From NCBI RefSeq assembly GCF_009914755.1, contig NC_060926.1: a stretch of DNA of 64,000 nt; one strand, written 5' to 3'. The notes beneath the pieces were generated by a model. That model did no database searches and was not told the DNA's origin. It saw nothing but the letters and a program-made list of their open reading frames with translations. This DNA comes from the human T2T-CHM13v2.0 reference genome, Homo sapiens. This document shows positions 29,199 through 62,766 of the stretch, in pieces (position 1 is the first letter of the stretch; each line of letters begins with the position of its first letter). The position numbers and the translations under genes are program-made.

Positions 29199-29322
29199 CT
29201 TTTCCGAGGAGGTCGGGGACGGGGCTGAAGGGTCCCCCGGGCAGGTTCCAGGCCAGGTCCTCTAGCAGGCCCAGCAGGCCTTTCACCTGTGTCCCCAGGT
29301 GATCCACGGTCTTCTCTACCAT
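29199..29322 (-). pseudogene. PLAC9P1: PLAC9-like exon 3 (124 nt)
   Basis: CTAG|ATGGTAGAGAAG ... GGAAAAG|GTGAGC; encodes [10 protein letters not shown]...PDLLGK. Confidence 0.95.
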
Positions 29323-29690
29323 CTAGAGTGAGAAGGTGGGTAACGTCCAGGACAGGAGTGGTGCCACGTTCTGCTTCATTAGCCAGGTCCTAAGAAGCAG
29401 CTGGCGGTCCAGTGGGGTGCAGTGGAAAAGGACTGGGAGCTGCGGGACCTGGGTTTTCCTCACTCAGGCTCTGCCCCTACCTGCCTCAATCTCCCCAGAT
29501 GACAATATCCTATGAGGCTCGCTCTCTAAGGCTCCTTCCTTTTTGGCACTCAGTCACAGGTTTGGATAAAGCGCGTGTAGATTACCTTCTCCCTTTTGGA
29601 CTTTGCAGCCTGGAGCTCACATTCCTTTTGTTATTCTGCTCCCTGGTGGTGTCTCTGCCAAATGACAGGTCTGGGATTTTGAAATTTACT

Positions 29691-31045
<1,355 letters not shown>

Positions 31046-31326
31046 TCGTGGCTATATAACAAAACAGTGACTGGATTTCCACCTTCCCATCCAGTAATGA
31101 TGCTGAAATGTCCTGGTGGGGGTAAGTAAGGCCTTAGGGGAGGCAGGGTCCATTGGGGGCTCGCCAGCCTGGCAGCCTAGATGGGAGGGTGATGTTGGAC
31201 AAGGTGGCCCCAGGGCAGGATTGGCCTGATGTCCTGACATTCCAAAGCAAGCTTGCATCTGCCCATAAAAACATCATCCTAGAAGGTGGTCCTGAAACCA
31301 CATGTCCTTCCAAAGCACCCTGTTAC

Positions 31327-31424
31327 CTCCTCTATGACATCTAGATGGCATTGCATAGCCATGTGTCTGTCACATGCTGTGCTCTGAGCTGAGTCTCCTC
31401 AGGGAGCAATGAAGGGTTCTGCAG
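31327..31424 (-). pseudogene. PLAC9P1: PLAC9-like exon 2 (98 nt) with premature stop
   Basis: Acceptor TTTTCCCACAG|CTGCAGAA, donor GAG|GTAACA. In-frame TGA at 31401-31399. Confidence 0.95.
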
Positions 31425-31869
31425 CTGTGGGAAAACAAGTCTTGTCACTGTGGGACCCTTAGTTTTCCACAATGCCAGAGACTTCTGTAAATACTGGGCT
31501 CAAGTGAGGTCAGTCCTCAAAGCAAACTCAAGAGCAAGAAGAGGATGGCCCAGGTGGGGGTCAGTGTGCGACTGTCAGTTATCTCAATCCCACCAGTCTC
31601 TACAGTGGCAGTCACCTACAGACCCAGATGGACTTCCTCAAGGAGGTGAAGCCCAGGGAGGAAGGGAAGGCGGGCTTCAGCCAGGAAGAATGGCACCTGC
31701 AATGATGGAGAGGCCTGAAAGAGCATGGCTCACTGTGCAAACCCTGCAGGGAGCCTGCAGTGGCTGGAGATACAGGGTGGGTGGGAGAGAGACTGGAGAG
31801 GGAAGTCCTGGAAATGAAGCCAAGGGGACAGAGCTTTAACCAAGAGGCTTTCATAAACCAGTTCTGATG

Positions 31870-32087
<218 letters not shown>

Positions 32088-33107
32088 TAGTAACAGCTGT
32101 CATGTGATGAGTGCTTACCATGCACCATGTAGGGTGATCACTTAACCTCTCCAACAGCCTGTTCTTATGCCCAATCTACATGTAGGAAAACTGATGCACA
32201 GAAGGGTGAAAGGATGTGTCCAGAGTCACTACTCATAAGCAGAGGATCTGCCATTCAACCCGCTCAACTCCTGATTGAGCACTGTTCTCCTTGAGTTAGC
32301 TCTTCCAGGCACCATCAACCTTCACAACAGAAGTCTGAGATCCCTGATTCCAAGCTCGGATTTCAGAGTTGGTAACCCTGAGATGCCTGTGGGGCATCAG
32401 GGTTGGCTGGAACCTTGGAGAACACTGACACTCAGGAAGGAGAGTGCTGCCGCAGCAGTCAAGAGAAGCCAAGAGCTTTACGGATTCTACAGGGGATGAA
32501 AAGTGTTGGCATAGCCGAAAGCAGCAGGGAGGTCTAGCAAAATAAGGACTGGAAACACAGCATGGGAAAGGCCCTGCTAAATTTCACCCCAGCACTTTTA
32601 GGAGTGGAGGAAAAGCAGAGTTTGGATTACCATGACATGAGAAGGGAAGGTGAGGTTGGGAGTGGAAACTTGGATTCTGGAAAATTTCATGAAGCTTGGC
32701 TGTGAAGGAAGGGAGATTGGATCGCAAGGTCTAGAGAAGTATTTATGGTTGTCATTTGTTTTTGTTTTTGTTTTAAACACTGGAAAACACAACCATGCTT
32801 ACAGCCTGAGGGACAGGAGGAAGACAAGAGAACCCAAGGAATGCACTTCCTGAATTGATGGGAGGCCCTGGATCCAGAGCGGGTGGGAACACATCTGGAA
32901 GGAAGACAGAGGGAATGAAGCAAAAATGGGCAAAGGTAAACCATCTAACTAGAGGGCCAAAAAGTGGAGTGAGCTCCCACCTGATAGCCTCTATTTACTC
33001 GGTGCAGTAAGATGGAGATCACGTAGGGAGGAGAGCTAGATGTTAAAATTTCAAGAATTCTATGAGTAGGTTGCTAAAAACAGACATTAAAATAGTGACC
33101 ATGGTGT

Positions 33108-38032
<4,925 letters not shown>

Positions 38033-39389
38033 CTCCTTTTCTTCTTTATCTGTAGCAATGAGCATGCATAATCAGAAAGAAAAATAACGTTTAAAAGTGG
38101 GTTTAAAGTCTCTGTACAAGTTGTGGCTAAAAGGGGCACCAAAAGTAGCCACTTGTGGGCAGGCTGCTCCCTCCTCCCTCCGGGAGAAACACAGGTGCTG
38201 CTTTGTGCCCTTAGCTCCTGGAGCCTGGGGCTGAGCTGGGAGGGAGTAAAGGGGAGGGGGGTGGCAGGGTGTGTACTGGGGCCTGTATTCTATGCTGAGC
38301 AGAGTCCCAGCCACTCCTCGTGCAGCTTGTGAGGAAGCCATTGGTGGTCATCTTTAACAGGTGGGTAAACTGAGGCTCAGAGAGATCAGTGGAGTCATCT
38401 GAGAGAATGTATGTTGATGCATGTTCCCTGCTGGGCACTTCCTCTCTTATCTAATCTCTGAGGCCAGCCCTGTGGGGTGGGTATCATTCTCCCCAATTTA
38501 TAGAGGAAGAAACAGCACCAGAGAGGGGAAGGGACTCACCCAAGGCAGGGGATCCCGAGGGCTGGTCTGGATCCTTTCCCCAAGTGCTTAATCCCACAGT
38601 TCACCGGGCCCTGAAAGGCACTAGGGGCTTCTATCTTAGTACAGGACACTTCTGCCAAGGTCGGGGCAACGACTTGTGGGGGCAGGAGGCCTGGATGCTT
38701 TGTGAGGGCTCTGCGTTGGCACCATCATGAGATCTGAGCTTTCCCCTCACCTGGGCAACTGGAATGAGCAATAGCCATCCCTGGCTAAGTGGGATTGTGG
38801 CTTGTAAACTGTAAAGTCCTGTGCAATGTGCAGGGTGGTGGAATGAGCATCTGTGTACCGCCCCAGACTGCAGTCTAGTAAGTCACTTGACATGAGTCAC
38901 CCTGTCTGAGCCTCACCTGTGAAGGGGCAACATTAAGCTGAGGGGGGAGGTGGGGGGAAGAAAGGGGACAGCGAAAGGCAAGGAACCCAGCTAATGGAGT
39001 ACCGAGACAGCCTCTCCCTCCCACACAGCTCTGCATCTCCATCCAGTCCCCCATCTCCACCCAAAACAGCTCAGTTCCCCAGAGAAGCTCCCTGGAAACC
39101 GGGAGGCTGACTTCTTCACCAACTGCAGAACCACCTGAGGCCACCTGGCAGGTGAGTCGGTGGCCTTTCTCCTGGGCTCGCCTGCCTGGCTCCTTAAGGC
39201 TGTGCTGGGCTGGCCTGGGTCACTCACCCTTTGGAGTCTGGCTTCTTAAGCAATGTCCTATAAAGCCAGGCCTGAGCCTCCGCAGGCCCTCTGAGATGGA
39301 GCTGGCCTCCGGGGCTGCCCCACCCAGCAGCTGTGACCTCCCACCCCAGATCCTGGCTCCTTCTCTCTTGCAAGCTCTACTCCGGGCAT

Positions 39390-39745
39390 CGAGCTTCCCT
39401 CTCTCTCTCCTTTTTGGTATCTCTCAAATCTTTCTCTTTTCTTATCCTCTCTCCCTCCACCCCTTGCCATTTTAGTCACTCTTTCTCTTTCCTTCTTCTC
39501 TTTTGTCTCTCAAACTCTTTTTTATTTCTATCTTGGTTCATATCTGTTCAGGGAAAGCCTCTTTCTGTCTCGGCCTCTCCTTTTTTCCTGTTCACTGTTT
39601 ATTCTTCCCTCTCTCCTTTATCTCTCCGTTGCTCTACTTCTCTGCCTTTTTCTGAGTCTGTTTCCTCTCACCATCTCTCTCTCCATCCCTCCCTCCCTGT
39701 ATCTGCCTCTCTCTCCATCTCGCTGCTGTGTCCAGCTCTGTCTCT
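39390..39745. repeat. CT-rich low-complexity tract
   Basis: Strongly pyrimidine-biased + strand. Confidence 0.85.
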
Positions 39746-39759
39746 TGCTCATTCCTTCC

Positions 39760-40180
39760 TCACCATCTGCGGATCTCCCCGGCTCCGTGTCCCCTGCCAT
39801 GCCCCGCGCCCCACTCACCGGCCAAAGCGCCCACGGCACAGAGCAGGGCCAGCCCGGCCAGCGCGCAAAGCAGGGGCCGCATGGTGCCAGCCTGGCTGAA
39901 AGCAGCGCGGCTTGCGACCGCAGCCGCCCTTCCCGGATCGCGCCCGGCCGGCCCAGAAGGAAATGCTCTCAGTCCGAGCCAAACTTCCTGGGCGACTCCG
40001 GGCTTTCTGGCTGGAGAGAACCCGCCCCCTCCAGAGGCTCCTGCGCACCCCATGGGCAGCGCAGAACCCAGAAACCCCCGGGACCTGAGGCACTGACGTG
40101 CCACCCGGGAGCCTCCGGAGGAAAGGGGGCCGCCCCCCCCCCCCCGAGTCCCCGCGCCTCCTGGGGGCACGGGAGGAAGG
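39760..40180 (-). promoter_or_regulatory. CpG island/promoter of the PLAC9-like gene
   Basis: Dense CpG and GC-box-like motifs (CCCGCCCC near 40021, CCGCCCC near 40130) spanning exon 1. Confidence 0.8.
39819..39882 (-). pseudogene. PLAC9P1: PLAC9-like exon 1 coding part (signal peptide MRPLLCALAGLALLCAVGALA)
   Basis: GGCACCATGC Kozak context; 64 coding nt; donor CCG|GTGAGT. Confidence 0.95.
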
Positions 40181-41501
40181 AGAGGGGTTGGGTGAGGTCA
40201 TGGGCTCAAGGCGACTGAGCCTGGGATCAGGAGTTTGTTATAAGCCCATTTCACAGGCAGGCAGACTGAGACTAGAGAGAAGTGTCTTCCTCAGCATCAC
40301 TCTCAGCCATGGCACAAGATCTGAACTCTCGTCTCCTGGGAGTGTGGAAGGTTTTCTCTGTCTACCGAGAACAAGAAATTAATTCTAATCACATGGAACA
40401 GTGTCTGCCCCTAAGAGGGAGACCCAGACACTCACTGCTCTGGTAAGGGAGTGATAGCAATGTGAAAAGGTACTTTTCAAAAAAAAAGGTAAAATCATGA
40501 CTCTTGTAAAGATATGAAATTAGCATATACTAAAGGTTTTATTTAATTCATTATTAATGAGGGGACAAGTAAGATGGTACAAGCAGTCCAAAGTTTAGAA
40601 CACAGTAGTGGAAACTTCCCCTATGGGACATGCCCATCCAACAAGTGCAACAAGAAATTAAGTTTTAGTGAAAACACCAAGGAAAAAAGCTACAGCTCCA
40701 ACTTCTCTGCTGCAGAGCCCTGAGTGCCTTGCCTGGCTGTAAGAGGAATACTTTCATCACCAAGCCTAGGAGAATGCCTTTGTCCATTGAGGGTCCCCAT
40801 TGGGGTTAACTGGAGCCCTTGCAGATCAAGGCTGCCTCTGCCTTCTGTGTTCCTGGCTGTGGCTGTGCAGTTGTCCATAACAGTCACCACCCTAACCAGT
40901 GATCCAGTTCTCACTCCCTCCTCCAGAGCAAGATAATAGCCTCAAATGAAGAAATTCAGATTCTGAGCCCGAGAATCTGAGACAGACTCAGATCTAAATC
41001 TTTTTAAAGTCTTCAAGGAGTTTATGATGCCCAGTGAGCTGGCTCAGAAGAAGAATTTATTTCAGGAATGCCAAGAATTTCTCATGCTTGTTGGTAGGAC
41101 ATTCCTTGATAATTTAGCCAGGTGGGAAGTTGTCAAAGAACTGCCAAACCCATAAGGATTCTTGTAGCTCACAGCCAGGGGACGACCTTATATTTTGAAT
41201 TTAAGATTAAGGGAAAAAAAGAAACACAAAAAACATATACAGTACATTCTTGTTGTGGTAGAGCACAAAGTAATTAAGTATACAGAGAAAAACATGAAAG
41301 TCTTTTCTGTTACAAATTCCCTCTGTCCAACGATTCAGGTCCAGTTCCCTTGGCTTGGTAGGCTCTGCCTGTTCCACATCTATGCATTCCCCGTCTATCT
41401 AATGTGTATTCAGAGACAAATGTATATACATGAGATCAAATCATAAATATTTTGAAGATTTGCTTTCATTCATGTTTACCTCAGTCATAACATTAAATCT
41501 T

Positions 41502-45417
<3,916 letters not shown>

Positions 45418-45421
45418 AAGG

Positions 45422-45887
45422 TTTTTTGTTTGTTTCTTTGGTTCGCAAGTTTTATTCAAGAACTCATACAAAATATTCCAGATAAATGAAATTTAATCCT
45501 CATCTTCCTCCTCTTCCTCATCCTGGTTAATTTGGAAGTAACATAACTCTGCTGTTAGCAGCTACACAAACCAATCACATAGATTATTCTTCTTCAAAAT
45601 TTTTTGGTGTGATATTTCAAATATCTTTTGGAAAAAGGCACCTCAGATGTCATGGTGATCTTGCTCTTGCTCCTTTCGATGGTCACCACCCCTCCACCAG
45701 GTTTCCCAGCTTTTCAGTTCACTTTGATCCTCTCTCGGAAAGGCTGTTCAAAATTGGCAGCGTCCATGATTCCGTCTTCCATGGGGTGGCTGCAATCTAG
45801 AGTGAACTTCAGAACCTGCTTCTTTTTTTTCCATTCACCACAAGCTTTTTCCCAGGCGCCATGGCGGCAGTGGAGGCAGAAAGAGAG
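45422..45887 (-). pseudogene. Processed pseudogene of ribosomal protein L22 (RPL22)
   Basis: Intronless. Pyrimidine 5' leader; ATG at 45862 ([36 protein letters not shown]...YFQINQDEEEEEDED*); TAA at 45495-45493; AATAAA at 45456-45451; decayed A-tail. Carries frameshifts and an internal TGA. Confidence 0.95.
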
Positions 45888-45904
45888 CTGTTTCTTTTTA
45901 AATT

Positions 45905-46360
45905 GTTATTAATTTTGTAAAGTTTCAGTAGCTTTGGGGGTACAAGTTATATTTGGTTACATGAATGAATTGTAAAACGGTGAATTCTGAGATTTTAGTG
46001 CACGCACCACCCAAGTAGTGTTCATTGTACCCAATATGTAGCTTTTTATCCCACACTCCCCGCCCATCCTCCCCCTTCTGAGTTTCCAGGGTCTATTATA
46101 TCACTCTGTATGTCTCTGTGTCCTCATAGCTCAGCTCTCACTTAAGTAAGAACATATGGTATTTGGTTTTCCATTCCTAAGTTACTTCACTTAGAATAAT
46201 GGTCTCCAACTCCATCCCAGTTGCTTCAAAAGACATTATTTCGTTCCTTTGTATGGCTGAGTATTAGTCCATGGTGTACATATACCACATTTTATCCACT
46301 CATTGGTCAGTGGGCACTTAAGGTGGTTCTGTGCCTCGGGAATTATGAACTGTGCTGCAA
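45905..46360 (-). mobile_element. L1PB-type 3' fragment
   Basis: TTTGGTTACATGAATGAATTG...CTGAGATTTTAGTGCAC...TTACTTCACTTAGAATAATGGTCTCCA. Confidence 0.85.
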
Positions 46361-46363
46361 TAA

Positions 46364-46675
<312 letters not shown>

Positions 46676-46806
46676 TCTGCCCCCTTTCTTAAATGTGGCC
46701 CTGAATCCTCCCAGGTAGGATAAGCTGTAGGAAGATGGGGAGGTCTGCTTGGTACAGGGAGAAGCCAAGTGTAGCGTGAGGGTAGAGGTTTAATACTAAG
46801 AGTTAT

Positions 46807-47541
<735 letters not shown>

Positions 47542-47589
47542 TTAATTTGTAAAAATTATATTATAGATTTATTTTTTCTGATTAAAATG

Positions 47590-48985
<1,396 letters not shown>

Positions 48986-50069
48986 TATTTTTCAGTTAAT
49001 CTTGGCTGCTACCCTATGCAATGGGTTCTGTGATTCTCCCAGAGCTTAGCAATAGCAGTTTTCCAACCAGTGTCTTTTGAATTGATAAATCCACATTTAG
49101 AAGGGGAGGAAACTGGCCTAAATTGAGGGCCCAGCAAAAGAACTCAGCCACCCGCAGTGCCTGGTGTCCACGTAGTCGGTTTTGAGATGTTTTAGCTGCA
49201 GATTCACATTGCTAAGTGTCAATTCAGTTCACTGTGAAATCCGTCGCTATTTCCTGAAAGTACATCAAGCTATGAATTCCCTGTGGCTTCGGCGGGTAGA
49301 AGTGGGTTGGCATTTCCCTCCAGCTCTTTGAGAATTTTCTCTGCAGTGCTCTCTAGGGAGATGATCTTATTTTGGCTCCCTGAGGTGAGAGTCAGAGTAA
49401 AATATAAACTGTCTGAAGACATTGCTTGGCTGACTGTTCAGAGCATTTCCGAGTTAGTATCTCTTAGTAAGGGAGGCAAAGGAATTGAGTTCAAATCGTG
49501 ACTTTGTTCTTGCTAGTGGTGTAGCTTCAGGCAGTTCACCTCCTCTCTCTGAGCCTCACCAACAAAGAGGGAGTAATAATAACACCGATGATCACAGAAG
49601 AATGTGAATTCTCTTGCTCCCTGCCTCTAACCTGCTTTCCTGGGCCTGTCACTATGTTTTCTTTGCTGGGTGTACTTGCAGGTTATAAGTCTCCTGAGGG
49701 CAGAGAGGGTTGTGAGTAATGCCAGCTAGGCCTGCAGAGGCCCCGGAAGAGGATCAAGGTTTCCAGGAGAGATGACTGTTGACCAAGGAAGAGCTGGCAG
49801 CTAACTCTGCTTCCTGAAGGTGTAAAGTAAAGGCCCCCCGAAAGGGTCTTTAAACATGAGTAGGAGTTTCTAAGCAGTGCATCCTTCATGCCATGGAGAT
49901 TGATGGAGGTGTGTGGGCGGCAGGAGAATGGGCAGTAAATCTGGGGGAAATTTTGGTCAGATTATGGGGGGCCTTGAATGCCACTCTCAAAAGAGTAACC
50001 CTTCATGCTGTAGGCAGAGGTGCCAGCAGAGTTTTTGGCTGAAGAATTACACAAACCCATCCAATTCCC

Positions 50070-51290
50070 TCTTTCTTTTTCTTTTTAAGTATTTTTCCTT
50101 GGAAATAATTTTGAGTTTACAAAAAGAGTACAGCAAATTCTTGTACAACCTTCACCAGCCTCCCCAAATATTAACATCTCACATAGCTACAGAATTATCA
50201 AAGCCAGGAAATGAACATTAATGCAATCCTGTCTGTGAATCTACAGACTTCATTCAGTGTTGCCAGTAGCCCCACTAACGTGCTTTTTCTCCTCCAGAAT
50301 GCGATCCAGGACTGCACGTGGCATTCCGCTGCCGTGTCTCAGTGGGATCCTTCCATCCAGAACGGCTCCTCCGTCTTTCTCCTCCTCTCATAATTTTGAC
50401 AGTTTTAAAGCATCCAGGCTATTTTTGTCTTTCATAACCTTGACACTCTTGAAGAGTACTGGCCAATTATTTTGTAGAATGTCCTCCAACTTGAGTTTGT
50501 CTAGTGCTTTCTCACAATGAGAATGAGGTTTTGTGTTTTTGGTGAGAACACCACAGAAGCAGGTTATACCCTTCCCCATGCATTATATCAGGAGGCACAT
50601 GTGATATTGCTGCATCCCATTACTGGAGACGTTAACTTTGAGAGATGATGTAGCAAAGATTTCTCCATTGTAAAATCCTATTTTTCCTTCTGAACTTAAT
50701 GAGTATCTTACAAGGAGCTGTCTTGGAGACTATGTAAATATCTTGTTTATCATCATACTTTCACCAACCAATTTTGGCATTCATTGGTGATTCTTGTCTG
50801 CAATATTAATTACCACTGTGTTTTCCAACAGATGATTTTTCTACTTTCATAATTCCTTCTCCATTTATTAATTGTAATTCAGTGGTAAGGAAGAGCTGTC
50901 CCTTCTCTCCCAATTACTTATGCAATTATTTCAGTATAGACTCATGGATATTTAGTTTATTCTACCAGTGATAATCCATGACCAACATCATTTGTATCAT
51001 TGTTCCAACTGTCCCAGGTATGGCCAATGTAAGCATCTTCAAGTCACCCCTTGTGTTTGTTTGAAATGCCCTTATTCTATTTTGAGCACTTCCTTTCTGA
51101 CATAAGATGTTCCAGGATTATTTTATAATTTCACTGACCCCACCCTGTACTTAATCATTTCTCCAAAGAACTCTGCTTCCTTTATTGAGGGAATGTATTT
51201 AGAATCTAAGATCTGGGTGCTGGATGTCCTCATTGTTACTGAGGTGTCACTGTGTCTAGGGCCTCTCAGCAGACAGAGCTAGGGAATATG
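50070..51290 (-). mobile_element. Ancient L1MC-type 3' region
   Basis: TTTTGAGTTTACAAAAAGAGTACAG...CTTCACCAGCCTCCCCAAATATTAACATC; GAAGAGTACTGGCCAATTATTTTGTAGAATGTCC. Confidence 0.7.
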
Positions 51291-51591
51291 GGTTACCAAC
51301 TCTGAAACTATTTTATGGGTATTCTGAGATTGAGCAAATAAGTAAATACATTGTATTTAGTGGGAGGGAGGCATCTCACTGTCAAAGAGAGAACTACAAA
51401 TAAAAAGGGAAGGGCAAAGTGAACCCTATTGTGTTAGATTAGAATCAGAGGCATCAGCATGAGCTCCTGATTTTTAGTGTATGTACAGATTGACAGATAT
51501 AGAAATAAATATGACCTGGCAATTCCATTCCTAGGCATATACCTAGCAGAAATCCATGGTCATAAAAAAAAACATGGACAAGAATGATCAT

Positions 51592-60417
<8,826 letters not shown>

Positions 60418-60947
60418 TTATGTGGGGAATGGGGTTGCTTGTTTCTGACTGAGGTATAAGTTCATTTGTAATGCAGTGTTGAAATGATTGCTTCTCCTAA
60501 AAGCAGATCTTGAGAAAAAAAAGAAGAAGAAGAAGAAAGAAACAGTTGTTCAATTCTCAGTGCTGTCCGATCGTGAGTTCCCAGCAGGCCAGATAAGCAG
60601 AGAGGACTGCGGAGGGAATTCTGCTGGGTGACAGCTGGGGCAAAGGTTAATATGTAATTGGGGGTCAATGTTAGTGAGGAAACTTGCCTCAAAGGAGCAG
60701 AAGTGTGGATTCAGGACCAACAAGAGATGAGTTTCTTGTGACACAGGGGTGAGGTTAGATTAGAATTTTTAGAATATCATAGGCAGAGAGTTTCGTTTTG
60801 AATAATTGCCACTCTTGGGAATCTCCAATTTGCTGTAGTTGATGCATAGGCCTTGATTAAAAAATACATATATTCAGAACAGAAAACTGAGGGACTGTCA
60901 CATGTAAGCGACTGCAGTAATGTGATTTAGTTAAAAACAAAACAGAA

Positions 60948-61306
<359 letters not shown>

Positions 61307-62043
61307 TTAGTTTTCGCCTTCTGTAAAATAAGGCTGCCGGTGAAGGGCTCAGAGCATTTGCAGCCCAAGCAGCGGAAAGCAGCCCCTTTCTGCTGCAGGC
61401 CGTGGGAAAGAGGCCTTGTTGGCAAGCCTGCCGTCTGCATTCCATGCTCAATTTCCTGTCTAGGAGGGAGATGGGTAGGAGGCAGGCACGTCACCTTGCA
61501 CCCAGATCCCAGGCCAGTGGAAAGACATGCCCATCCCAGAACCCCGAGGCTACTGACAGAATTGGGTGGTGATTAGGACTTGCTGGGGGCCACAGCAATC
61601 TGATTTCCAATCTCTGTCTCTCTCTAGCTGTGAGCTCTCTGGTTAGTGCTGCCCCTGATCTGAGTATCCTCTGTACAATGGGGATAGTACCCACTCCCCT
61701 TGCAGTTACCGAAAAGATCAAATGAGACGTGTGTAAATGCTTAGAGCAGTGCTGGGTACATATTACATACTCAGTGCTATTTTTTATTATTGGCTTAATT
61801 ATTGAAATCAAATATTAACCTCCTTACCTAATGTAGGAATTCTCTCTACAGCATATCAGACAACTGGCTATTCTCACTCTGCTTGGATGCTTCCAGTGAC
61901 AGGGGACTCACTACTTCTCCCAGCAAATTGTTTCACTAGTAGATAGTGCTTCTGGAATTTTATGGAATTTTAAAGCTGAGAGGAACGTTATAAATCAAGT
62001 GTAACTGCCTCACGAGAAAACCCAAGTTCAAGAGGTGAAATGA

Positions 62044-62766
62044 GGCCGGGCACGGTGGCTCATGTCTGTAATCTCAGCACTTTGGGAGGCTGAAGCGGGT
62101 GTTCGAGACCAGCCTGGGCAACATGGTTAAACCCTGTCTCTACTAAAAATACAAAAGTTAACCAGGCATGGTGGTGCATGCCTGTAATCCCAGCCACTTG
62201 GAAGCTGAGGCATGAGAATCACTTGAACCCAGGAGGTGGAGGTTGCTGTGAGCCAAGATTGCATCACTGCACTCCAGCCTGGACAACAGATCGAGACTCT
62301 GTCTCAAAAAATAAATAAACAAATAAATAAATAAATAAATAATAAAATTCTACCTTCAAAATTACTGTCTCCTAATACTTTATAACTACTCTGTAGTTTG
62401 AAGATGATCTGTTCTCTCTCTGGAAGCTTTTAGAGCTTTCTCTTTGTCATATTATTATTATTATTATCATTTTGAGAGAGGGTCTTACTCTATGGCCCAG
62501 GCTGGAGTGCAGTGGTGCATGATCACAGCTCACTGAAGCCTTGACCTCCTGGGCTAAAGTGATCCTCCTGCCTCAGCCTACCCAGTAGCTAGGACTACAG
62601 GCAAGTGCCACCATGACTAGCTATTTTTTTTTTTTTTTATTTTTTCGTAGAGATAGATAGGGTCTCAAAATGTTGTTCAGGCTTGTCTCAAACTCCTGGC
62701 CTCAAGTGATCCTCCTGCTTTGGCCTCCCAAAGTGTAGGATTACAGGCATAAGCCACTTTGCCCAG
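62044..62766. mobile_element. Tail-to-tail inverted Alu pair (+ about 62044-62346; - about 62450-62766)
   Basis: Opposite orientations about 100 bp apart. Confidence 0.9.

Noticed and set aside
28960-29322. 120-aa ORF beginning [10 protein letters not shown] as a standalone gene
   Set aside because: It is exon 3 read through its donor at 29199 into intron 3.
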